DNA of 64,000 nt from Clostridiales bacterium (GTDB taxonomy: Bacteria > Bacillota > Clostridia > Saccharofermentanales > DTU023). The notes under the pieces were generated by a model. It saw nothing but the letters and a program-made list of their open reading frames with translations, was not told the origin of the DNA and made no database searches. Both the position numbers and the translations under genes were made by a program. The stretch is taken from positions 132,925 through 196,924 of the forward strand of contig SFGY01000007.1 in NCBI GenBank assembly GCA_004556455.1, in the 5' to 3' direction. This document shows, piece after piece, positions 47,221-55,656 of the stretch (the stretch's first letter is position 1; every line of letters begins with the position of its first letter).

Positions 47221-48444
47221 TTAATAGCGCCGTCTGGCAAGCACAAGAACGCCGGCGGCCAGCAAAAGCAAACCGGGAAGGAATGACACGTGCTCACCTG
47301 TGCTCGGTAGATTGATAACAGGAGAAGCTTCTGACGGAATTGTCGTGGGCTGATAAGGACTGGTTATCGGCTGGGTCACCATAGGAGGATTAAACTCGAC
47401 AGGTGGACAAGGCATCCAGGGGCAGGGAATAAGAATATCTTGCGGTTCTTCAGGCTTATCAACGATCTGAAGAGTCAGCTGAATCGGCACACTTTCCCCC
47501 GGTGTTGTTACATAAGTTGAATCTGTCCCATATGTTGGATCCTGACAAGAGTGGAATTTCAAATGCTCAGCATAGAAAAAGGGATCGTCGATGGTATAAG
47601 TTTCCGGCAGGCCCATTTTTTCCTTTGCTTCTTTAACGAAACCCTCAGCAAATTGTCTTACTTCAGCCTCAGGGATTTCATCTAGGGGTTTTCCAATATA
47701 ATCTGGATATACGATTTTTGCCATTGCCAAAACCGTTTTCCCGCTGGCAGCCTGACATATAAAAGTCACTTCGCCATCGACTGTCCCGGTAACCGTCAAC
47801 TTATCTCCAACCTTTACCTTACTCTTATCAATGGCCACTTTGGGGAGAGAGACGGATAATTTACCGGTTTGGTTGATAGCCGCGCGTAAATCTTCAAAAT
47901 TAGTATCTTCGTTCTGTATGACCATTGTGACACTAAGCTCGTTCCCATTAATGTCGACATTGTCCATACTGGGAACATGAAAGAGATTTGAACCGGAAGT
48001 AAAAGCAATATCCCCGAGAGTTAAACTGGCTTTATCCGGCATAATAAGACCATCCGGTAAAGTAATCTTGGCCGTAAAGGTGCTTTTAATCCTGACCGGC
48101 CAGTTCTTGCCTGTCGTGCCCCAGACCTGACTGCTCTTCTCGATCCAATCCTGGTTTAGACCGTTGATTATATCAGCAATGAAGTTTGAATCATAAGTCC
48201 CGGTAAAAATAAGTTGGTCGTTTAAGCCCGCCTTTGTGTAGATCGCCTGAGCCTGCGTGTCATTGGCGGAAGGTGCTTCGCCCTGCAGGCGCACGAGGAG
48301 GTCACCGTTTCCCTCATACCATTCTGTTTTGGTTAACGGAGGATTTGGCCAAAGTGTACCCCCCCCCGAGGTGGCAAGCACTGAAATTTGTGCACATAGT
48401 ACAAAAGCAATCAGTGCCAGAATGCTAAAGATTTTATTCCTCAT
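47221..48444 (-). CDS. LPXTG cell-wall-anchored surface protein, function unknown
   Basis: RBS AAGGAGA. Signal peptide MRNKIFSILALIAFVLCAQISVLA. Pro-rich stalk, then the C-terminus LPSTGEHVSFLPGLLLLAAGVLVLARRRY. Confidence 0.8.
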   Translation of the reverse strand: MRNKIFSILALIAFVLCAQISVLATSGGGTLWPNPPLTKTEWYEGNGDLLVRLQGEAPSANDTQAQAIYTKAGLNDQLIFTGTYDSNFIADIINGLNQDWIEKSSQVWGTTGKNWPVRIKSTFTAKITLPDGLIMPDKASLTLGDIAFTSGSNLFHVPSMDNVDINGNELSVTMVIQNEDTNFEDLRAAINQTGKLSVSLPKVAIDKSKVKVGDKLTVTGTVDGEVTFICQAASGKTVLAMAKIVYPDYIGKPLDEIPEAEVRQFAEGFVKEAKEKMGLPETYTIDDPFFYAEHLKFHSCQDPTYGTDSTYVTTPGESVPIQLTLQIVDKPEEPQDILIPCPWMPCPPVEFNPPMVTQPITSPYQPTTIPSEASPVINLPSTGEHVSFLPGLLLLAAGVLVLARRRY

Positions 48445-49054
48445 TCTTTTTCTCCTTTCCGGTAGTCTGTTTCCGGTAGTCTGCTGTCCTTTATGGATCA
48501 GTCACAACTTCATTCTAGCCCGATTGTGCTTGAAAGGAAAGCACAAGAAAGATCCAGACCGTTCCGAAAATGGGCGCTTCGAATCTGCGAAGCAGCTTTG
48601 CAATCGTGTGTAGCCTGTTTCTATGCTCTGGTTTAGACATAACTCACAGCTCGATATAGTTGCGGCCATACTAAGTGATGGCTTTATTCCACGTGTTTCA
48701 AATGCCAAAGTGAACTCTTTTTTGCTGGTGCTTCACAACGTGTGTAGTTTTAGCCATGAGAAAAATTCTGTCGCCACATGATACCCGCGGCACAACATGT
48801 CACCACATGACACGACAAGGCACCATATTTTGCCCAAAAAAATTCTTTCCGTAAACGTTTAAATTTTGAAAAGAGCTGTTATAATAGGTGTGATCTTAAT
48901 AGAGAAATCTTCTGACCCGAAGAGATATGGACCGGGCGCGGATAGTCGGACAGATGAGGCTTTTCGAGATTTTCCCCGGCTTTAGTCCGAGTTCAGGCAC
49001 GTCAATGGGCATAAGCTTTTCTCAGACACATTTTTGCTTTTCAAGGAGGGCAGC

Positions 49055-49903
49055 ATGAAAATTTTTCTCGCCGGCTGTGGCACCATGGGTTCCGGAATCG
49101 CACAAACGTTTGCGGTCAACGGACACGAAGTTTACATGTTCGATCAGGAAATGAGCTTTATTGATCGCGGTTATGGCATGATCGAAAAACAGCTCAAACG
49201 TCAGGTCGAAAAACAGCGCATGACGCAGGAAGACGCGGATGCTGCGCTGGCCCGTCTGCACAAAACGCTCGAGGTCAAAGATGCGGCCGAGGTCGACATG
49301 GTGATCGAGGCCATCTTTGAAAATATGGAAGCGAAACGCGCCATTTACAAAGAGCTCGACGAGGTCTGCAAAGAGGATTGCCTCTTCTGCAGCAACACTT
49401 CTTCCCTCTCCATCACGGAAATGGCCCGCGGCTTTAAGCACGAAGCGCGCTTTGTGGGCTTCCACTTCTTTAACCCGGCCCCTGTCATGAAGCTGATCGA
49501 GGTCATTCGCGGCAATTCCAGCTCGGATGAAACGGTCGAAAAAGCTTTCGAAATCGCTAAAGCCATTGGTAAGGATCCCGTCCTCGTCAAAGAAAACGCC
49601 GGCTTTATCGTCAATCGCATCCTCGTCCCCATGATTAACGAAGCGGCCGACCTCTACGACCGCGGCATCGCCAGCGCCGAAGATATTGACAAGGCCATGC
49701 GTCTGGGCGCGAATCACCCGATGGGACCTCTGGAACTCGGCGATCTGATCGGCCTCGACATCGTTCTGAACATCATGAACGTCCTGCTGGACGAGACGGG
49801 TGATCCCAAATATCGTCCTGCCGTCATTCTGCGCAAGATGGTGCGCGCGGGCAAGCTTGGCCGCAAATCAGGTCAGGGTTTCTACGACTACACGAAAAAA
49901 TAA
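49055..49903 (+). CDS. hbd: 3-hydroxybutyryl-CoA dehydrogenase
   Basis: ATG 49055 follows AAGGAGG. MKIFLAGCGTMGSGIAQTFAVNGHEVYMFD, FHFFNPAPVMKLIEVI, GFIVNRILVPMINEA. Confidence 0.9.
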   Translation: MKIFLAGCGTMGSGIAQTFAVNGHEVYMFDQEMSFIDRGYGMIEKQLKRQVEKQRMTQEDADAALARLHKTLEVKDAAEVDMVIEAIFENMEAKRAIYKELDEVCKEDCLFCSNTSSLSITEMARGFKHEARFVGFHFFNPAPVMKLIEVIRGNSSSDETVEKAFEIAKAIGKDPVLVKENAGFIVNRILVPMINEAADLYDRGIASAEDIDKAMRLGANHPMGPLELGDLIGLDIVLNIMNVLLDETGDPKYRPAVILRKMVRAGKLGRKSGQGFYDYTKK

Positions 49904-49997
49904 AGCCACCAAGGGGTGATCGCTTCAGAAGCTTAGAAAAATAAAGCTTTAATCACGATGCCGCGCTCACAAATGCACGGCAAGAAAGGAATAACTT

Positions 49998-51182
49998 ATG
50001 CAACACGATATCGCTATCCTCGGCCCCTGCCGCACAGCTATCGGCAAATTTGGCGGCTCTCTCGCCAACGTTCCCGCCGTCAAACTCGGAGAAATTGTCA
50101 TTCGGGAATCCCTGAAACGCGCCGGGGTCAAACCCGAACAAGTTGACGAAGTGCTCTTCGGCAACGTCATCCAGGCCGGCCTCGGCCAGAATCCCGCCCG
50201 TCAGGCGGCCAGAAATGCCGGTCTCCCCGACGAAGTACCTGCTTCCACATTGAATAACCTCTGCGGCTCCGGCCTCAAGACCCTCAATATGGCGGCCGCC
50301 ATGATCAATAACGGCGACGCCGAAATCATGGTCGTCGGCGGCATGGAAAACATGTCGGCCGCCCCCTACCTGCTCGACAAGGCACGTTTCGGCTATCGCA
50401 TGAATGCGGGCACCCTCAAGGACGCCATGATCAGCGATGGTCTCACCGATGCCTTCTACGGCTACCACATGGGTATGACCGCAGAAAACGTCGCCGAACA
50501 GTTCCACGTCAGCCGCGAAGAATGCGATCAGTTCTCCTATGAGAGCCAGTTGAAAGCGAAGAAAGCTCAGGAAGAGGGCCGTTTCAAAGAGGAAATCGTG
50601 CCGGTTCATATCAAAGAGCGCAAGCGCGAATACGATTTCGAGGAGGATGAATTCCCCCGTCACGAAACCACGCTGGAAGCCCTCGCCAAATTAAAGCCCG
50701 CCTTTAAAAAGGAGGGCGGCGTGATTACCGCCGGCAACGCTTCGGGTATCAACGACGCCGCTGCCGCCATGGTAGTCATGTCGGTCGAGAAAGCCAAAGA
50801 ACTGGGTCTCAAACCCATGGGCATTTTGAAATGCGGCGTCTCCGTGGCTCTCGATCCGGCGATCATGGGCATGGGTCCCTACTTTGCCATTAAGAAGCTC
50901 ATGGAAAAGAGCGGCGAAAAGATCGAAAACATTGAGCTCTGGGAGCTGAACGAAGCCTTCTCCTCACAGTCCGTGGCGGCCGTCCGCGACCTCGGCATCA
51001 ATAAAGAGCTCGTCAATGTCAACGGCGGCGCGATCGCTCTTGGACATCCCATCGGCTGCTCCGGCGCACGTATTCTTGTGACCCTGCTCTACGAGATGGA
51101 GAAGAGAAATCTCCACAAAGGCGTGGCTTCCCTCTGTGTGGGCGGCGGCATGGGCGTCGCTTCCCTGGTCGAGCGTCCGTAA
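49998..51182 (+). CDS. thl: Acetyl-CoA acetyltransferase (thiolase)
   Basis: STLNNLCGSGLKTLNMAAAMI (active-site Cys), NVNGGAIALGHPIGCSGARIL, LCVGGGMGVA. Confidence 0.92.
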   Translation: MQHDIAILGPCRTAIGKFGGSLANVPAVKLGEIVIRESLKRAGVKPEQVDEVLFGNVIQAGLGQNPARQAARNAGLPDEVPASTLNNLCGSGLKTLNMAAAMINNGDAEIMVVGGMENMSAAPYLLDKARFGYRMNAGTLKDAMISDGLTDAFYGYHMGMTAENVAEQFHVSREECDQFSYESQLKAKKAQEEGRFKEEIVPVHIKERKREYDFEEDEFPRHETTLEALAKLKPAFKKEGGVITAGNASGINDAAAAMVVMSVEKAKELGLKPMGILKCGVSVALDPAIMGMGPYFAIKKLMEKSGEKIENIELWELNEAFSSQSVAAVRDLGINKELVNVNGGAIALGHPIGCSGARILVTLLYEMEKRNLHKGVASLCVGGGMGVASLVERP

Positions 51183-51363
51183 ACGGGTTGAACTGCTTTA
51201 CTCCGGCCACCGCACTGCAATGCGCGGCGGCCTCTGCCTTTCTGAGCAGACCCCGCTGCTTCCCTGTTGAAACTGCCTCGATGAATTTTAAGTCCCCTTA
51301 GGGGCTGGAATTTATGAAAATTCATGGCATACATGACATACATGACATAAGGAGAATCACACC

Positions 51364-52143
51364 ATGTCTTTTGTAGAAATTCAGAAAAACGGCAAGACCG
51401 CTGTTCTCACCATCAATCGTCCGGAAGCGCTGAACGCCCTGAACAGTCAGGTTTTAAGCGATTTAAAAGCGGCTCTTGACGAGCTGAAAAAAGAAGCCGA
51501 CCTGCGCTGCCTGATCATCACCGGTGCGGGCCCCAAGTCTTTTGTCGCCGGTGCTGATATCGGCGAAATGTCCACCATGAACCCGAAAAAGGGAGAAGCC
51601 TTTGGTATCGCCGGTAACAAGGTAATGAGCCAGGTGGCCAGCTTCCCCTGCCCCGTGATCGCCGCTGTGAACGGCTACGCCCTGGGCGGCGGTTTTGAAC
51701 TCGCCCTGGCCTGCGACCTTCGTCTGGCCTCGGAAAAAGCGCGTTTCGCCTTTCCCGAAACTGGCCTGGGCATTACCCCTGGCTTTGGCGGCACCCAGCG
51801 TCTCGCCCGTCTGGTCGGACCTGCGCTCGCCTCTGAGCTGATCTTTACCGGGCGCACGGTCAAGGCCGATGAAGCTCTGGCCAAAGGCATGGTCAGCCAG
51901 GTTTGCGCCCCCGAAGAACTGCTCGATAAGGCACAGGAGCTCGCTGACACCATCGCCGGCCGCGCCCCGATTGCCATCCGTCAGGCCAAAAAAGCCATTC
52001 GCGGCGGACTTGACCTTACCCTCGAAAAAGGCCTGGACTATGAGTCTGAGTGCTTCGGTGAATGCTTCGACTCCGAAGATCAGAAAAACGCCATGAAGGC
52101 CTTTGTGGAAAAACAGCCCTTTAATGACTTTCAAAACCGCTAA
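51364..52143 (+). CDS. crt: Short-chain enoyl-CoA hydratase (crotonase)
   Basis: AVLTINRPEALNALN, ITGAGPKSFVAGADIGEM, AAVNGYALGGGFELALACDLRLAS, FPETGLGITPGFGGTQRL. Confidence 0.9.
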   Translation: MSFVEIQKNGKTAVLTINRPEALNALNSQVLSDLKAALDELKKEADLRCLIITGAGPKSFVAGADIGEMSTMNPKKGEAFGIAGNKVMSQVASFPCPVIAAVNGYALGGGFELALACDLRLASEKARFAFPETGLGITPGFGGTQRLARLVGPALASELIFTGRTVKADEALAKGMVSQVCAPEELLDKAQELADTIAGRAPIAIRQAKKAIRGGLDLTLEKGLDYESECFGECFDSEDQKNAMKAFVEKQPFNDFQNR

Positions 52144-52200
52144 GGGTTAAGTGAAGGTGCCGTAAAAGCTCTCTTCGCTATGACATTTTAAAAGCAATAC

Positions 52201-52240
52201 GAAACCCCTGAAAACGCTTGTTTTCAGGGGTTTCTTTTTC
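52201..52240 (+). terminator. Rho-independent terminator after crt
   Basis: GAAACCCCTGAAAAC-gctt-GTTTTCAGGGGTTTC followed by TTTTT. Confidence 0.8.
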
Positions 52241-52278
52241 AATGAAGCTCAGCTCATCGCTCATGAAGTCGCTTCAAC

Positions 52279-52310
52279 AAAAATCGGCCCAGTGCTGGGC
52301 CGATTTTTTT
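52279..52310. terminator. Bidirectional terminator (crt side and mgl-operon side)
   Basis: AAAAATCGGCCCA-gtgc-TGGGCCGATTTTTTT. Confidence 0.7.
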
Positions 52311-52337
52311 AATTGATAGAAGATTGCTCTTTCCGGC

Positions 52338-54029
52338 TTATTTCTTGCGCACGTATTTCAGGCAGTCGAGGGTGACGGCGGTCAGAATGATAATACCTTC
52401 AAAGACGAACTGCAGGTTTGTGTCGATGCCAAGCACCGTGAGCGAGTAGGTCAGAGCCGTGAAGATCATAACGCCGACGACCACGCCGGAGATCTTTCCG
52501 ATACCGCCGGTAAAGGAAACGCCGCCAACCACACAGGCCGCAATGGCGTCCATATCCCAGCCCTGGCCGTAGGCCGCGGAGCCGGATCCGGTCATGCGCA
52601 GGCATTCCAGCCAGGAACCAAAGCCATAGAGCACACCGGCCATCATAAAGGCCCCCATGGTCACCCAGAAAACGGAAATGCCCGAGACGGCAGCCGCTTC
52701 AGGGTTGCCGCCGACCGCGTAAAGGTATTTGCCGAAACGGGTTTTATTCCAGATAAACCAGATAATGATGATGGCTGCGACAGCCCAGGCAATAATTGTG
52801 GGGAAGCCTTTGATCGTAGGAATAAAGGTTTCCTTAATTGCCGGCTCAATCGCGCCGAAGGAAACGCCCTTGGTCGCATAGGTCACGAGGCCGAAAATAA
52901 TCAGCATGTTCGACATGGTCGAAATAAAGGGATGCATCTTGTATTTAGCCGTAAAGAAGCCGGCCAGCGAGGTAAAGAGTACCGAGAGCACGATGCCCAC
53001 AAAAAGAGCCAGAAAGGCTCTGCCGATCAGCGGCATATGGGTAAAATCAAAGATGTGTCCAAAAATACTGCCCGTATTGACGCCCCGGTGCATGATGACG
53101 GTTGAGGTCACCATGCCCATCCCGACCATGCGCCCGATGGAGAGGTCCGTTCCGGTCAAAAGGATCAGGCCGGCCACGCCGAGCGCGAGGAAGATGCGCG
53201 GGGAGGCCTGCTGCAAAATATTCAGCACGTTATTGGCGGTCAGAAGGCGGGTGTTTTTCAAAATTGGCGCCAGGAAGCAGAGAAGAATGAAGATCAGGAT
53301 AATGACCAGGTAAAGTCCATTCTTGAGGAAGAACTCTTTGTTATTAAAAGAATAACGCCGGAGTTCCCATTTCTGAGCCTGCTTCTGTGCAAAAGTGAAT
53401 TTAGACATGCGCAGCAGGTCAATCATGTGATACTGTTCGACAAAGGCCCGGTGGCGATTATCCTTAATCTCCTGCAAGGCCTTTTTATGCATCATTTTGG
53501 CATCGAAGAGGCGGTTTTTATAGACGTAATTCTCGTCTTTAATCTCCTGCTGCATCTCCGGTTTATGCTCGCTGCGAATTCTGGCAAGATTTTCTTTATG
53601 TTCTCTTGAAAGTGTAGCAAGATGCTTTTTGTGCTCTTCAATCGCCTGAATCTTGGCCTTTTTAAGGCTTTCCACTACCGGCTCATAATATTGGCTGCGA
53701 TAATTCGCCTTGAGATAATCTTCTGCCTCTTTGATGAGTGCATTGACCTCTGCCTTATTTTTGGCTTCCACAGCCAGGGCAGCCTTCAGGGCTTTTTTGT
53801 CCTCCGCCACGATGTCCGCCTTTTCGGCCTTCGAAAAATTGCGGTCGTTGCGGATAAGTTCTATGTGACGGCGCAGGCTCAGAACCTTATCCGTCCCTTC
53901 AACCCGCAGCGCATCGATCTTCTCCTGAATCGCGGCAACATGCTCGCTGATGGGACGCAGGAGCTCTTCCTGCTGCTCCACACTCAGAATGCCGCTCTGA
54001 TCGGCCTGTAGCCTCTTCTCATCTGACAT
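52338..54029 (-). CDS. mglC: CUT2-family sugar ABC transporter permease (MglC-like) with a ~240-aa N-terminal charged coiled-coil extension
   Basis: The C-terminal ~320 aa form a polytopic permease (LTGTDLSIGRMVGMGMV..., GGNPEAAAVSGI). The N-terminal 240 aa are K/E-rich with no TM segment. Confidence 0.8.
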   Translation of the reverse strand: MSDEKRLQADQSGILSVEQQEELLRPISEHVAAIQEKIDALRVEGTDKVLSLRRHIELIRNDRNFSKAEKADIVAEDKKALKAALAVEAKNKAEVNALIKEAEDYLKANYRSQYYEPVVESLKKAKIQAIEEHKKHLATLSREHKENLARIRSEHKPEMQQEIKDENYVYKNRLFDAKMMHKKALQEIKDNRHRAFVEQYHMIDLLRMSKFTFAQKQAQKWELRRYSFNNKEFFLKNGLYLVIILIFILLCFLAPILKNTRLLTANNVLNILQQASPRIFLALGVAGLILLTGTDLSIGRMVGMGMVTSTVIMHRGVNTGSIFGHIFDFTHMPLIGRAFLALFVGIVLSVLFTSLAGFFTAKYKMHPFISTMSNMLIIFGLVTYATKGVSFGAIEPAIKETFIPTIKGFPTIIAWAVAAIIIIWFIWNKTRFGKYLYAVGGNPEAAAVSGISVFWVTMGAFMMAGVLYGFGSWLECLRMTGSGSAAYGQGWDMDAIAACVVGGVSFTGGIGKISGVVVGVMIFTALTYSLTVLGIDTNLQFVFEGIIILTAVTLDCLKYVRKK

Positions 54030-54041
54030 AGGTCTCTCCCC

Positions 54042-55556
54042 TTATAAATACTTCGCGCTGAGGCGCAAAAGCTCTTCCTGATTGGTCTCTCTGGTATTCA
54101 CAATGCCGGAGAGATAGCCGTTGGACATGACTGCAATGCGGTTGGTAATTCCCAGAATTTCCGGCATCTCTGAGGAAACGACCAGGATCGTCTTGCCCTC
54201 TTTGGCCATTTTGATGATGAGTTCGTAAATCTCGTATTTTGCTCCGACATCTATGCCTCGTGTCGGTTCATCCATCATGAAAACCTTGGGCTCACATTCC
54301 AGCCATTTGCCAAAAATGACTTTTTGCTGATTGCCGCCCGAAAGGCTGGTAATCATGTCATCCGGGCCCATGGTTTTGGTGCGCATCACCTTGATCTGTT
54401 TCACGGTCGCCTTGACCATTTTCGTATCCGAAAGCGCCATTCCCGTCTTGTATTGTTCCAGGTTGGCGATCGTCGTATTAAAGGTAATGTCACCTTTCAG
54501 AAAGAGCCCGTTCGCTTTGCGCTCTTCGGTGATCATGGCAAAGCCATGTTCCATGGCTTCACGGGCATTGGCGAAGTTCATCAGACGACCTTTGTAATAG
54601 ACACGTCCCGCAGCACGCGTGCGCACGCCGAAAATGGTCTCGAAAAGTTCGGTGCGCCCTGCGCCGACCAGACCATAAAAGCCAAAAATCTCGCCTTCCC
54701 GAACCTCAAAAGAAACGTCCTTAAGATAAGGCGGATATTTTGTTGAAAGATGGACCACTTTGAGAATCGGCTCACCGGGCTGATTGTCCACCTCAGGAAA
54801 ACGATTTTCCAGAGATCGCCCGACCATGGCGGAAATCAACTCGTTCATATTGGTGTCAGCCACATTTTTCGTGGCGACAAGTTTACCGTCCCGCAGGACA
54901 GAAACCTGATCGCAAATCTCGAAGACCTCATCCATTTTGTGAGAAATATAAATTAAGGAAACGCCCTGATCTCTGAGTTTTCGCATCATGGCAAAGAGCT
55001 TTTTCACTTCCGGCTCCGTGAGCGAGGAGGTGGGCTCATCAAGCACAATGATTTTGGAGTGATAGGAGATCGCCTTGGCAATCTCGCACATCTGCCGCTC
55101 AGAGACAGACATTCTGCGCATGGGCTGAGTTAAGTTAACGGTCATCCCCAGGCTGCGGAAGAGCTCAGCAGCCTCATTTTTCATCCTGGCTTCATCAATC
55201 ATGCCGACGGAATTCAGGGGATAACGCCCCAGAAACAGATTGTCGACCACACTTCGGTCCAGGCACTGATTGAGTTCCTGATGGACCATGGCAATGCCGT
55301 TTTCCAGAGCCTCCTTTGGTCCGGAAAAGGCCACCTCCCTGCCGTCAAGGAAGATACTGCCTTCATCCTTCTGATAAATGCCGAAAAGGCATTTCATCAT
55401 CGTGGATTTTCCTGCGCCATTCTCGCCCATCAGGCCCATGACGCTCCCTTTTCTGACATCCATGTCGACGTGGTCCAGAACCACATTACGGCCGAAGGCT
55501 TTCGACATACCACGGATGGAAAGCACGATCTGATTTTCAGTTTCAGCCATCGTCAA
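54042..55556 (-). CDS. mglA: Sugar ABC transporter ATP-binding protein (tandem ATPase, MglA-like)
   Basis: GENGAGKSTMMKCLFG, SVSERQMCEIAKA and IIVLDEPTSSL in the first half. A second, degenerate NBD has LSGGNQQKVIFGKWL and VFMMDEPTRGID. Confidence 0.9.
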   Translation of the reverse strand: MTMAETENQIVLSIRGMSKAFGRNVVLDHVDMDVRKGSVMGLMGENGAGKSTMMKCLFGIYQKDEGSIFLDGREVAFSGPKEALENGIAMVHQELNQCLDRSVVDNLFLGRYPLNSVGMIDEARMKNEAAELFRSLGMTVNLTQPMRRMSVSERQMCEIAKAISYHSKIIVLDEPTSSLTEPEVKKLFAMMRKLRDQGVSLIYISHKMDEVFEICDQVSVLRDGKLVATKNVADTNMNELISAMVGRSLENRFPEVDNQPGEPILKVVHLSTKYPPYLKDVSFEVREGEIFGFYGLVGAGRTELFETIFGVRTRAAGRVYYKGRLMNFANAREAMEHGFAMITEERKANGLFLKGDITFNTTIANLEQYKTGMALSDTKMVKATVKQIKVMRTKTMGPDDMITSLSGGNQQKVIFGKWLECEPKVFMMDEPTRGIDVGAKYEIYELIIKMAKEGKTILVVSSEMPEILGITNRIAVMSNGYLSGIVNTRETNQEELLRLSAKYL

Positions 55557-55656
55557 CCCTCCTGATTATAAAAAAGGTTATCAGGAAGGGGAGCCTTCCT
55601 GATAACCCGACGGAACCACTTAGTCCGCCACGACTGCCTTTGCAGAGAGGCTCCTG

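Noticed and set aside
48560-48600. TTCGAATC-containing stretch (GGGCGCTTCGAATCTGCGAAGC) that resembles a tRNA T-loop.
   Set aside because: The flanking bases do not form a T-stem, and no acceptor, D or anticodon arms can be drawn. It is just a CTTCG/CGAAG mini-hairpin.
48850-49054. About 150-nt leader between a possible extended -10 promoter (TGTTATAAT near 48877-48885) and hbd. I considered a riboswitch or a Rex operator.
   Set aside because: I found no match to any riboswitch core I can recall, no terminator or anti-terminator pair, and no TTGTTAA-N4-TTAACAA-type Rex box. Only weak local hairpins are present.
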